The position numbers and the translations under genes were made by a program. A model generated the notes under the pieces. It saw nothing but the letters and a program-made list of their open reading frames with translations, was not told the DNA's origin and did not search any database. Of a stretch of DNA of 64,000 nucleotides, positions 48,962 through 64,000 are shown one piece after another (positions within the stretch are counted from its first letter, which is position 1; every line of letters begins with the position of its first letter). Source of the DNA: Eledone cirrhosa (Eukaryota); the NCBI GenBank assembly GCA_964016885.1, contig OZ024740.1:36208001-36272000 (forward strand). The letters run 5' to 3'.

Positions 48962-51900
48962 TATTTAATATCAAATTTGTATGGCTGTAAATGTTTTATG
49001 AGTAAAATGCCTGTGAATTTCATGTTGGCAAATATATTTGCGATCAATTTGACTTTTGACTAGTTTCCTTTTCGATCAATATACTTTCTATCAATATGTA
49101 TTTCGGCGAATATATTTACGATGAAAGTGTAGAATATAAAATGCGTGTATATATTTGTTTGACAATCTGAATTTGATAATGCACATTCTTTTAAAAGAAG
49201 GTGAATTGGCAGATTTGATAGAACATCGGATAAAAGGTTCTGCGTTACTGACTGTTTCCGTTCTGAAATTAAATTCCGTCTAGTGATTTAAAACTTGTCA
49301 AAGGCCAGAACTATGAAACCAATCACAGACTACTGTTGATCATAAAAGCTATGACCTTCCGCTACTACAGTCGAATGATAATAGTGATGGTGGTAATGAT
49401 GGTGAGGGTAATGATGATGACCTTTCTAATAATAAAGGTCCACCAAGCTATGCTGAATGTGAAATTTAGATCACACTTATTAAACAAACAAATGAGCTAT
49501 CTTTTTAAAATAATTATAATTTGAGGCGACTCTAAACTTCACATTGAAAACACCAACCTATTTAAAATCATGTTTTCAAAATGTCCCAAGCCATCTGTTA
49601 AAATAATATCCATAATTATAGAAATACTGGCGTTTGTTTACAGTCCAGCATGCCAAAGAAAACATTTTATTCACATTCCTAAATATGCAACCTAATTCAA
49701 ATTATTTACGGTAGACTAACATTTTGATTTACAGCCGTAATGAAGTTTCTTTTTAATCATCATGGGTTTCCACTAAAAAATGAATTATAAAAGAGGAAAT
49801 GAGATTAATCTAGTTAATATTGAGTTGAAAGATATAGAATTTATTTTGGAATACAAGATAAAATTGTGACTTGTGTTATAGAAATGCCTGAGAAGAAAGG
49901 AACATTTTCAGTGTGGTGTTCTTGAAATAAACGACATGAAGTATATGGCGAGAAGGATATGGGACAGCGATAAACAGTCAAACGGAGACAATAAGTTAAG
50001 TGAAAGTGGTGAATTGAATTGTCATGTAAGAATGTAGCTAAAGGAAGTGATTAACTGAAGTATTAAATATTGCAAAACTTTGCATTTATACACTAACTGT
50101 GTCCGTGTGAGTAGAATAGGAAACCCAGGCGCAAATGTATGTAGTCTTGAGGTCTCCAAATAAGATTCCTTATGATAGTAGCAGTGAAATTAATTGAGCT
50201 GTAAGATAGTAGAATTTAGGGACCGAGAGAAAATTATTTTGAAAAAGTAGTGATAAATCTTTGTTGTTGCTGTTTAACCCTTGGTCATTCCTGATCAAGT
50301 AGTCCTACGATAAAAGCGTTTCAGGTATAAATAACCCATTTTATATTAAAACAATGTATCCAGAACTACATTAGTATGGGTTTCTTTTTTTAAGCTGATT
50401 CGATTTGCATTCAGAGGGATTTGACTGCTATTCCTAAGGGTCACAGTAGAGGCTTCCTCGTATCCCTCCTAGAAATCTTGATTTCGTGCATAGGTGAGGT
50501 AGACTGGCTTCATGAATGAAAACCTGTACAGTTACACATACTGAAGCAAGGAAAATAACTCAAGTAAGCCAATGGCCTGAATTAATATTAATCAGGTAGA
50601 TGACGATGATGTATGCAATAAGTACACTAAGTGTATCTTTTATTTGGATACATTTACATATTTATGAACTGTGTCTTTTAAGAGATAGTAGTTGTAGAAG
50701 TTGAAATGAAAATCGAAGACATAGTGAGCAATTCATGGTTCATTAACAGAAAGAAAAGAATATTTATAGAAGCTGGTTTGGATGGGATGTCTGTTAGTGA
50801 ATAGTTTCTGTGTAAATTAGAAATTCTACAACATATAGTTACTAGAAACTTTATTGAATTAATATCTATTCTGAAGTGATCATGTTTAAGAAGAGAAAAC
50901 TGTATAAGGGAACACTTATAGTTCGTTCCAATAAGATTCATTGATAATTACAACACTACAAGTCTTCCTGCCATCCTTTTAATATGTCATTTTCACAGTC
51001 TTCTTTCATTGTAAACTGCCATTCCAATACATAATCCATTTGCTAGTTTCCCATCCAATATTCCAACTAAGTCGCATAAGTACTCAACAAATAAGACGTC
51101 TAAAGGATATTGAAATGTAATATTGCATAATAATATATTGGGTGTTAGCTTTATTAATAATATGCTTCTATATGTATGTTCAACGGATGGAGGCAGTGTC
51201 AAAGACAGAAAAAGACAGAAAAGTGTTATCAGAAGAAAAATGGTAACAGTAAAACGGAACGCTATTTAAAGCCATGTAATTTTCAAACGCACATACACCC
51301 ACACATATATGATATACTGAAAAATGTGGTAGTTGGTGAAGCGTTGGCATTATCGGTGCGGATATTAGTTAATGTGATGGTTGTGAATGTTGTAAGGAGA
51401 TTAATACAAGAATTGTAGCTTTTATTTGTAGAACTAAAATTCTACTTTTATTCAATCGTCAGTTATTTAATGCATGCGCTTTAGTGTAGTTAAATGGCAT
51501 CTATGAAACTTTACCTTTAACAAAGAACTCAGTTTCTAGTTGACTACCTTATTCATTGGTAATTAATAAAGCATAAAATCAAACATTTAATAAGACTGGG
51601 ATTTTTTACAACAACCAGTATTAATCATGGACGGTTAGATGTTGCATTCTCAAGGGCTAGGAAAAAAATCTGGTACTTTTATTAGAGTAGTTAATATCAA
51701 TAACCAGGGAAAACAAAGAGTAAAACTATCACGAAAAAGATTCCCCCAAATCCAATTCATCGTGTGGAAGTGAAAACACTGGGTATTCCCTGTAGGCTAA
51801 AAAGAGCTCTGGTGAAAGCGTGAGGCTAGATCAATCCTTGATCTTTGGTGGATTAAACCGATCACGATAACTACGCAACTTGAAAAGTCGGTTTTTGATC

Positions 51901-52107
51901 TAACGCATTTGCAACCCAGAAATGGAAGTATGGAATCACACGAGCAAGCCATAAAGACTTGAGTGATTGATAATGCCAGAAAGAAAACTTGCGAATCCTT
52001 CACAATACATTGTATATAAGGAAGAATTATAATTTTGATAACACTAATTAATGATCTAATGATTCAAATGATGCAATGCATAATGCTATAGTTATATTAA
52101 TATAGAT

Positions 52108-52492
52108 GGAGGCACATGGCTTAGTGGTTAGAGCTTTGGGCTTGCAATCGAAAGGTTGTGAGTTCAATTCTCAGACCGGGTGATGTGTTGTTTCCTTGAG
52201 CAAGACACTTTATTTCACATTGCTCCAGTTTACTCAGCTGTAGAAATGAGATGATAGGACTGGGGCCCCTATCATTCCACTACAAAGTGGTCATGGAGGT
52301 GCCACGGCAAAAAGAAAAGCACCCAGCCCACACTGTAAAGTGGACGTGTAGGCGCCACAGAAAAAAAGCACCCAGCACTCACTGTAAATGAGGTTGGTGT
52401 TAGGAAGGGCATCCAGCTGTAGAAATCAAGCCAGAATCAGTTCCCGCCCCACCCTTGCAAGCAGTAGAAAAGCGGACGTAAAATGATGATGA
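52108..52492 (+). mobile_element. CORE-like tRNA SINE with RTE-related body and (TGA)n tail
   Basis: A-box TGGCTTAGTGG, B-box GAGTTCAATTC, core, GTTAGGAAGGGCATCCAGCTGTAGAAA, tail GGACGTAAAATGATGATGA. Confidence 0.8.
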
Positions 52493-52870
52493 ATGTTTGT
52501 AATTATTTGGTGTTGAGGCAAAATACAATAATTTCATTTTCCTATCATCAATCCAGCCATAGGTAATATCTAACCTCAACAAAATTGATAATTGTACAGA
52601 TATATATATAAGACTAACTACGCCAACTACAAGTTGCATCGGACTTAGTTCCTTGTCCTGTTCAGAGGCGACTGATTGAGGTCGAAACACCACCTTCAAT
52701 TAGTATGTTATTTACGAAGTCACGTAAACGGCTTGAGCTAACATCGGAGGTGAAGGACTGTGGGTAACATGGTTGGGCACACTTGAGATGAGAATCTCAT
52801 CGATGGTTGAAATATTGTCCTTTATTAGTGTTACCAGTAACAGGCCACCTCTATAAGTATCAATGTTAGA

Positions 52871-54230
52871 GAAACTGAGGACGAGCGGAGCGAAGTAACC
52901 AGGTTTTCCCAGTCACTGAGTCGATTGAAGTCCAAGGTCCTCACGGCTGAAGAGGCTTGGGCGTCGGCTGCTAACACACGTGCTGCCTTCGGAATCTGTA
53001 AACGGCCCTCCAAAGCTACTTCGGCTGAGCGATGTTGCCAACTAGGCTTGAGCATCAAACAGGCTCACTGTCTCTTTTGGAGTTGCTGTGGCTGGTTGTC
53101 ACTGTCCAGAAGGAGTTAGCTATTGCATCTCCAGGTTGTGGTTGTATTTGAGCCTCGTCGTGTCAGGATAACTGATGTTGTTTTATGTGATGGATTTAGA
53201 ATTAAAATGAAGGCGTAACAGTAAGTAACTGTCTTTATTGTCTAAAATATGTCATAAACAAATCCAAAGTCCTACTGTTCAGCAAAATTAATAACAATAA
53301 TATTGATTATGTAGGTAGAGAAGTTCAAGTACCTCGGGTCCGTGTTCACGAGTGATGGAAGGCAGGAGGCTGAATTAAATGCAAGCATTGCAGGAGCTAG
53401 TGTAGTAGTGCAGTAATGTGCCAGCTTCAACATTGGTTCATCAGAAGAAGGGAAGTAGGTGTAAAAGCCAATTTCACTATCTTCAATTCGGTATTCGTAC
53501 CAACCCTTACCTATGGTCATGAATCGTAGGTAATGACTGAAACGATACGATCGCGAATACAAGTAGCCGAAATAGAGTTCCCCCGAACGGTCTTTGTAGT
53601 AACTTACTCGATAGAGAATCTAGCTCGGAGATCAGAGAGTCACTCCAGGTAGAGCTACTACTTCTCCAAATTGAGAGATCACAACTCTGATAATACGGGC
53701 ATGTGGTTAAAATGTCTCAAGAAAGAATCACAGGACACATTTTACGGGTATAACCAGCCGGCAGGAGATCCAGGGGTAGACTCCGAGCAGAATGGTTGGA
53801 TAACACCCTTGATGAGATTGGCTGGTCACACCTGGCGATTCCAACGAGTATGATGACAACATCAACAATAACAATTACAGCAATAACAACAGTAGCAACA
53901 ACAAAAACAGCAGCAACAACAATAACAGTTCTACCTAGTGTTACTACTGTAGTAAGAACATCAACCTAGTGTTACTACTGTAGTAAGAACATCAACTGTT
54001 TACATCGTTCCTTGTTCTACCTTCTCTTACAGTAACTGTGAGCCTGTTTGATGCTCAAGCCTAGTTGGCAACATCGCTCAGCCGAAGTGGCTTGGAGGGT
54101 CCGTTTACAGATTCCGAAGGCAGCACGTGTGTTAGCAGCCGACGCCCAAGCCTCTTCAGCCGTGAGGGCCTTGGACTTCAATCGACTCAGTGAGTGGTAA
54201 AACCTGGTTACTTCGCTCCGCTCGTCCTCA
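52871..54230. repeat. ~190 bp inverted repeat pair enclosing an RTE fragment
   Basis: 52876-53068 is the reverse complement of 54038-54230. Confidence 0.9.
53312..53850 (+). mobile_element. RTE-clade 3' fragment
   Basis: VEKFKYLGSVFTSDG...PTLTYGHES; same family as 9396-10290. Confidence 0.75.
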
Positions 54231-54373
54231 ATACAGTAATAACTGCTTAGCTCCTTCCTTATTCTACCTCTTACAATACTTTCCAATGTTTCCAATGTTT
54301 CTGTGACATCTTGACGCTATTTCACTATACTTGCGCAAACAGGACTGTTATTTTCCAATTACTGAATAATAAT

Positions 54374-54560
54374 TGTTTCTACTTTTGGCACAAGGCCTGC
54401 AATTACCCAGTGCATTACTGGTACTTTATTTTATCGACCCCGTAAGGATGAAAGGCAAAGTTAACCTCAGCGGGATTTGAACTCATAATGGCAAGGGCCG
54501 TAACTCTATGCGTCAAAGCATGGCGTCCGATCCTCTACCGATACTGCCAATCCCACCCTC
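54374..54560 (-). mobile_element. Meta-like SINE with TSD
   Basis: ATTACTGAATAATAAT flanks both sides. Confidence 0.85.
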
Positions 54561-55231
54561 GGATTACTGAATAATAATAAACTAAAATCATAATGTTGTG
54601 ACATAGCTATTCATCATATACCAGGGTGTCATGACACCTTGGCTAAGTACGGCAACATGAGATCATTATAGCATTCAGGTAGGAACAAAACAAAACACTT
54701 AAACACAGCTTTACTGGCCTCAAAAACATTTCTGTGCTGCATACAACTAACAATAATCGGGAAGAAGCAACAGCTGTCTCGGTATAATCGAAGTCAACAT
54801 GTGGCCACCAACTAAATGTGTGGCTATACAAAAATAAACAATAGAGAATGCATTGTCACTAAACTAAGATTGTCAACTTTTAACCCATGTTTTATTTCAT
54901 GTCTGTGTACAATATAATTCTCAAGTAGATAAAGACTTGGTATTAACCAGTATTTTCCCAACTTCTTTTGTACTAAAGGTTATATTCTATTTAGAACAAG
55001 GGTCTCAGACCCAAGGTCTCAAATAGGCCATTATGTCCTGGGGAGAGGCTTAGTGGATCAAAAGTGTGATGAGGTGAGGGCGTGATTTCCAACAGTTATA
55101 ATCCTAATCCTCATAAAAGGTGGTAGGCTGATATATATATATACGATATTAATAAATGCAAACTATATTTATAAAACCATATTTATTTCATTATACATAT
55201 TTCAGGGATACCAGACAGCTTCCAAAAATAA

Positions 55232-55419
55232 TTGTTTCTACTTTAGGCACAAGGCCAGCAAATTACCCAGTGCATTACTGGTACTTTATTTTATCGACCC
55301 CGTAAGGATGAAAGGCAAAGTCAACCTCGGCGGGATTTGAACTCAGACCGTAAAGGGACGTAACTATGCTGGAAAGCATGGCGTCCGACCCTCTACCGAT
55401 ACTGCCAATCCACCACCCT
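55232..55419 (-). mobile_element. Meta-like SINE with TSD, inside an inverted pLTR pair
   Basis: TCCAAAAATAAT on both sides; host arms 55141-55213 and 55519-55592. Confidence 0.85.
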
Positions 55420-55483
55420 CCAAAAATAATGGTTGCATGTAATAGGGTACGCCAAAATTATTTATAAAACTGTTTATATATTG

Positions 55484-55548
55484 TATTTTGTCTGATGAAG
55501 GCATACCATATTTTAATTTGGTATCCCTGAAATATGTATAATGAAATA
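55484..55548 (+). ncRNA. type I hammerhead, intact core
   Basis: TATTTTGT-CTGATGA-AGGCATACCA..TGGTATCCCT-GAAA-TATGTA-TA-ATGAAATA. Confidence 0.85.
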
Positions 55549-55839
55549 AATATGGTTTTATAAATATAGTTTCCATTTATTAATATCGTATATCTACTCC
55601 AAAAACTTGTCGAGTGCTTTATATCAGTTATAAAATATTTACTTGTTGTATCCCAACAATTTTAAATAGAACTTTTGCATATATATATATATATATATAT
55701 ATTAAAATAGAAGTATAACACTGGAATGTAATATCCGTAGCAGTAGTAGAGCACTCAGTCCATGGGACGAGTTAGGTAGAAGTGTTAACACAACAGTTAG
55801 TTCACCATACCATTTATATGTATATATATATATATATAT

Positions 55840-58434
<2,595 letters not shown>

Positions 58435-58498
58435 AGTTAATTGGCTATTGAGAAATTCGAATTTACATACACAAAACAATGCAGTCACTAGGTGAATT

Positions 58499-59332
58499 AT
58501 GAAAATAGTGATCATGGATTTAGCGTCACTGCGGTTTTATACCTCTAATAAGGCTATCTTTGACAGGGCGGCACCCTACTATAACACAACGTCAGCTAAC
58601 AGCGGCTTCTCCCAACCTATCACTTACTCTCCTACTATTAACAACAGCAATAAGAAAAGAAAGCGTAACAATAGACAAACTATCTGGTTCTCTCCTCCCT
58701 TCTCACTCAACGTTAAAACCAATGTAGGCAAAACATGTCTAGCCCTCTTAGATAGACACTTTCCCATAAGTCATAAATACCGCTCCATCTTTAACCGACA
58801 CAAAGTAAAACTAGGATACTCCTGCGCTAAGAACATGAAGGCCCACATCACCAACAGCCCTAAGAGCAACACCCCACAAGGGTGCTCTTGCCGTAAGCCC
58901 GAAGCTTGTCCCCTTCAACAGCAATACAACACACCCGCTGTAGTTTATGAAGCTGTGGTCATTTCCAACCGACCAAATCAACCAGAGGAGGTCAAATCCT
59001 ATGTGGGTATGGCGGAGGGCCGATTTAAGGAACGCTTCCTGAACCCCCAGTCGACCTTTAGGTACCCGGACAGACGTTCATCCACCAAACTCGCGAGCCA
59101 CGTATGGTCCCTCAATGACTCAAGTATAGACTACTCCATTCAATGGAAAGCCATCACTAAGTCCAAGCCATACGCAAGTGGAAATCCGTTGTGTGGACTA
59201 TGTATTGATGAACGAATAAATATTCTAAAGAGATTATGCAATAGCGATTGCCTAAACACGAGAAATGAATTCTTCACACGTTGTCCACACGTCTCGAAAT
59301 ACCTCTTACGTAACTACAAAGCTCCGGATTAA
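58499..59332 (+). CDS. 5'-truncated Naiad-type PLE thumb + GIY-YIG endonuclease
   Basis: IWFSPPFS, GYSC, CSCRKPEACPL, VVY..YVG, CGLCIDE..LNTRNEFFTRCPH. Confidence 0.85.
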   Translation: MKIVIMDLASLRFYTSNKAIFDRAAPYYNTTSANSGFSQPITYSPTINNSNKKRKRNNRQTIWFSPPFSLNVKTNVGKTCLALLDRHFPISHKYRSIFNRHKVKLGYSCAKNMKAHITNSPKSNTPQGCSCRKPEACPLQQQYNTPAVVYEAVVISNRPNQPEEVKSYVGMAEGRFKERFLNPQSTFRYPDRRSSTKLASHVWSLNDSSIDYSIQWKAITKSKPYASGNPLCGLCIDERINILKRLCNSDCLNTRNEFFTRCPHVSKYLLRNYKAPD

Positions 59333-59498
59333 ATTACAACACCCTAATTTTCTTATCAACTAGAAATTTTACGGACTTTCGCAGTTATCTCCCTTACACC
59401 TCTCGTAGGCATTTTAGTATTGCCTGTATGAAGTGACCGTTTCTGCACATGCGCGTTCTTACGGTTGTCCTTCCTGTTCCGTATAACCATGTCCATTA

Positions 59499-59536
59499 CG
59501 AGCTTAGGATCCACTAAGGTGAAACAATTGTTCTCG
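59499..59536 (+). ncRNA. hammerhead motif in PLE pLTR with core mutation (CTTAGGA)
   Basis: CGAG-CTTAGGA-TCCACTAAGGT-GAAA-CAATTG-TT-CTCG. Confidence 0.65.
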
Positions 59537-59973
59537 GTATGGTGAACTAACTGTTGTGTAACCACTTCTACCTAACTCGTCCCATGGACTGAGCGCTCTA
59601 CCACTACGGATATTACCTTCCAGTGTTCTACCACTATATATATAGTTAAAAGAATAGAGGTGTAACACACAAGTTATTATATATTGGTAAACGGAATAGA
59701 AAATGCTGACAAATTGTTCACAGTTGAAAAATGGTTTAATTAGGAATAAAAGAGTATTAGTGATTGTATGGGTTAGTATTCAGTTGTGGTTTTAAGTTTT
59801 TAAGTTTTTACCGGTTGCGCATTTCTAAATGCTTTTCAAAAATAATTTTGAGATAGAGTGTCCGTGCTGTTTGCTCTGATCTGATTAGTTTGGGGAATTC
59901 TACCTGTTTTTATGTTAAAAAAGTGGCTCCAGCAAAAATTCTTGGTCAAAACAATTTTGATTGGTCGGTAGTG

Positions 59974-60032
59974 GTCATGTGGATAAAAAATTGGTTTTGC
60001 GCTAAGATTGAGAAATGACTCTTTCACAACAA

Positions 60033-60078
<46 letters not shown>

Positions 60079-60309
60079 TAGTAGTAGTAGTAGTAAGGTG
60101 TTCGATGCTGCGACAATGGCCAGCAGCGATGTGTGTCAAATGGCTATTAAGATAAGGGTGTGTGTGTGTGTGTGTGTGGGGGGGGGTGTATAGCAGAGTA
60201 AGATTCCTTGCTGATGCGCTGGGTGTGGGTGGCATTATCTTTAAATTTGTAGAGGGGAAAGATTCTGAAGTTGGGATGATTTTGGGCGGCACAGGTATCA
60301 ATGTGTTCA

Positions 60310-60386
<77 letters not shown>

Positions 60387-60470
60387 ATCTTAATAGCCAT
60401 TTGACACACATCGCTGCTGGCCATTGTCGCAGCATCGAACACCTTACTACTACTACTACACACACACACA

Positions 60471-60513
<43 letters not shown>

Positions 60514-60591
60514 ACACACACACACACATATTTGTTGTGAAAGAGTCATTTCTCAATCTTGGCGCAAAACCAATTTTTTATCCACATGACC
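59974..60591 (-). mobile_element. very short PLE insertion: EN C-terminus between inverted pLTR arms
   Basis: Arms ~59974-60170 and ~60365-60591; spacer encodes EHIDTCAAQNHPNFRIFPLYKFK...RISKE on the minus strand. Confidence 0.7.
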
Positions 60592-60594
60592 TGG

Positions 60595-60848
60595 TAGGTC
60601 AGGGGGAAGGGGAGACGGTGGGTGGGGTGAGGGCGGTGGAGTGGTGGACTGCGCGGGCGAGGGAGGGGGTAACCTCTCCGGATGAAATGGCTGACCAGAG
60701 ACAGGGCCGGTATCTCGATGTCAACATCTCGGCGAATCCGGAGGAGTTGGGAGTAGTTTGTTGTGTGTAGGGTGGGAGGAGGTGAAATCGAGGTAGGAGT
60801 GGGAGTCGGTGGGTTTGAAGAAGGCGGAGGTGACGAGGGAGCGGTGGG
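60595..60848 (-). mobile_element. PLE RT-thumb fragment (Neptune/Poseidon-like)
   Basis: TSAFFKPTDSHSYLDFTSSHP...YSQLLRIRR...HFIRRGYP, read by hand across frameshifts. Confidence 0.7.
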
Positions 60849-60934
60849 AATATATATATATTAAAAAAAAATGTTCGTTCTACATGGCTGTAGAATGAAC
60901 CCTTCATTCTTGCTCTTGTGTTGACATATAAACA

Positions 60935-60984
60935 GAATTGCAGACACTAATGTTTCTGGGTATCAACCTTCATCAGTACAGCTC
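60935..60984 (-). ncRNA. type I hammerhead, intact core, GUC site
   Basis: TGTA-CTGATGA-AGGTTGATACCCA-GAAA-CATTAGTG-TC-TGCA; paralog of 47785. Confidence 0.8.
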
Positions 60985-61458
60985 ACTGTTCACCTGCCAA
61001 CTGTCAGAGCTAGTGAAAATATATGATATTTTCTAAAATATATAGTGACTGACTGGCCTGACTTGCATGTTAGCAGACTGGCTGATCAGTCAGATCTGCA
61101 TATTAGCAGATCCACTGATTAACCAGATTTGCATATCAGCAGACTGGCCAGTCAGTTTCCTGTATACGAGCGATAAATGGACGGCTTTGCCACATAAAAA
61201 AACAAAAACATTTTTTTCGCTCTATATGGCTGAATACAATAAATGTAATCGATTCGTTTGCAATTACGCAAACAAGCCTCATTTTTAATTCTACTGACAT
61301 GGCTTAAAAATGAGACTTTTTGGCATAATTGCAAACGAATCGAATGTCATTACCAGTAATGCACTGGGTAATTGCTGACCTTGTGCCTAAAGTAGAAACA
61401 ATTATTAATATTCGAAAAGCTCAGATTACATTTATTGTATTCAGCCATGTAGAGCGAA

Positions 61459-61490
<32 letters not shown>

Positions 61491-61656
61491 GTATATGTTG
61501 GTTGTTTACCGACACCTCAATACGCAGATTGGAGCACTCGACGAAGTACGCAGGTTGGTTTGGTTAATCCGGAGTAATGTAAAATAAAATAATTAAGTCA
61601 AATATTTAAAATTTGGCTTCGTTTATTAAAGATGTACTGCTATATATATTCCGGTG

Positions 61657-61692
61657 ACAGCTATATATATTTCGGTGACCTCTTCAGGCAGT
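61657..61692 (-). ncRNA. minimal hammerhead with shortened stem II
   Basis: ACTGC-CTGAAGA-GGTCACC-GAAA-TATATA-TA-GCTGT. Confidence 0.65.
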
Positions 61693-62117
61693 CCGAATTG
61701 GTGTAGTAGAGACAGGTACACATGTTGTTAATGTGTTTCACTCCGTCAATACTCCGATATGTCCAGCTCTTGATTGTTATTTCTCTGAGGAACTGGAATC
61801 ATATGAATTCGAGCAAACGAATTTCGGCATCATAGGACACTCTCTCCTCCCATTGGTCAGTTGTGAGAACATTCCTCAGTCAAAAGTCTATAGAAATTTT
61901 TTCTGAGGCAAGACAATCTGTTGTGGTTGTTTTTGATAAGTACAGCTGACCTCCTCCCTTGTGTTTATTGGTGTTAGAGGGTTAGCTGACAGGTTAGCCC
62001 TTTAAACTGTATGTTATTACTCTAAGGTTGTATACCTTTTCGAGTGCTTGGCTGCACCTCTGAATGCATTCGTCGACTTAGCTGCGGCTCGAGCTTCGAA
62101 TATGCTGTTCTTCCATT

Positions 62118-62161
<44 letters not shown>

Positions 62162-62461
62162 AAATAAGGAAAAGAATGACTTCACTTGTTCTAAACTGAG
62201 CTCAGTTTGACAATCGCCACCGACAAATGCGAGAAAGCTCTCCACGAAAGTTAACCAGGAATCTTTAAAAAATCTCCCCACCGAAGTTAACAAAGAACTT
62301 ACTAGATCTACAAAACTAAATCGTAAATTATATCATAAAATTAAATTGTTTAGAACAAGTGAAGTCATTCTTTTACTTTTTGCAAATATACCTAACTTAC
62401 CAAGGATTTCACACATTTTCCAATACACACACACGCACACAAACACACGCACGCACGCACA

Positions 62462-62608
<147 letters not shown>

Positions 62609-62657
62609 AAATAATTAAGTCAAATATTTAAAATTTGGCTACGTTTATTAAAGATGT

Positions 62658-62712
62658 ACTGCTATATATATTTCGGAGACAGCCATCATTGGCTCTGACC
62701 TCTTCAGGCAGC
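62658..62712 (-). ncRNA. type I hammerhead, intact core
   Basis: GCTGC-CTGAAGA-GG..AGCCA ATGA TGGCT..CC-GAAA-TATATA-TA-GCAGT. Confidence 0.8.
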
Positions 62713-63288
62713 AGTCCGAATTGGTGTGGTAGAGACAGGTATACATGTTGTTAAAGTGTTTTACTCCGTCAATACTCCGATATGTCCAGCTCCTGGTTGG
62801 GTTGTTATTTCTCTGAGGAACTGGAATCATATGAATTCGAACAAACGAATTTCGGCATCATAGGACACTCTCTCCCCCCATTGGTCAGTTGTGAGAACAT
62901 TCCTCAGTCAAAAGTCTATAGAAATTTTTTTCTGGGGCATAACAACCTGTTGTGGTTGTTTGGTAGGATTGATGCCAACCCACACACACTAATTCTTCTA
63001 AAGACAGCAGCAGTAGAACTAAGGCTAACCTGTCAGCTAACCCTCTAACACCAATAAACACAAGGGAGGAGGTCAGCTGTACTTATCAAAAACAACCACA
63101 ACAGATTGTCTTGCCTCAGAAAAAATTTCTATAGACTTTTGACTGAGGAATGTTCTCACAACTGACCAATGGGAGGAGAGAGTGTCCTATGATGCCGAAA
63201 TTCGTTTGCAAATTGAAGACAGCGACCGGTAATTCAGCCGCGGGGACCGTAGCAACGAAAGAACTGACTCGCGAGAAAACATACATAC

Positions 63289-63340
<52 letters not shown>

Positions 63341-63804
63341 TCACATATATATATATAATTGAACCACATTGGCATATGGTGGAAAATACATGCGTCCCTA
63401 TACGCTTTTTGCGTGTAAGGATATATACTTTATTATTATTATTCTCCTCTTAGTCGAGATGAAGTTTGGTCGTTTTGACTGCTGCTATTTATAGTGGTAG
63501 TAGACTGACCTCCCTGCCTCTGCTTCTATCTTTACACACGGTACTGGACAGAATTGCTTCCACATCATTCATTCTCATCTCGGGAACAATTTTGAATAGC
63601 GCCAGTTCGTAATTTGAAGTCGGGAATTTTATATTCTCCGAGTGAAAAGAACCTTCTGGCGAGAGTTTATCTTTTCAATGGAAGACCGCGAGGACTGTCC
63701 ATTTATTTTTGAGACTCGAAACCGATTCGGTAAGGGTAACCATAGTAAGTACAGTGAATTTTTTGAAATTTATTTTGAAACTTTTTCTTATTTGCTAAAC
63801 CTTG

Positions 63805-63843
<39 letters not shown>

Positions 63844-64000
63844 AGAGTCAGGACCCCGACGGCTGAGCTCCGGCCGTTTCGACAGCTAGATCTATATATA
63901 TATATATGTTTGACCTGTTTACCTTGCTTCGTTTTTTTTTGGTTCGGTGGCTCTATAACCTATGTTTATTGTTATGGTCTTCTTTTAGTCCATTGAGCGC

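Noticed and set aside
49000-52100. Host exons in the less repetitive stretch
   Set aside because: No recognisable ORF or supported splice structure; small exons cannot be excluded without RNA data

Overview
This is eukaryotic, AT-rich, microsatellite-dense DNA made up almost entirely of transposable elements; I found no host gene. The CORE-like and Meta-like tRNA-SINEs and the microsatellite load suggest a cephalopod such as Octopus (inference). It contains one apparently intact Tx1-clade LINE (ORF1 plus APE-RT ORF2, 18754-24540) and three degenerate relatives, all bounded by (ATT)n. A near full-length R4/Dong-like RLE LINE sits in (CATA)n, with a decayed second copy. There are RTE-clade remnants, including non-autonomous 5'+3' bipartite copies with (ATGT)n tails, plus CRE 3' ends, a gypsy LTR+gag fragment inside a Tx1 copy, a non-autonomous Helitron and many SINEs. 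Several Penelope-like (PLE, Naiad-type) elements are present. The most striking signal is about 13 type-I hammerhead ribozyme motifs (8 with intact cores), mostly at 42-63 kb. They lie in PLE pseudo-LTRs and in ORF-less direct/inverted duplications that resemble retrozymes, alongside a pervasive set of short-spacer inverted repeats. All structures were folded by eye, and element boundaries are approximate.
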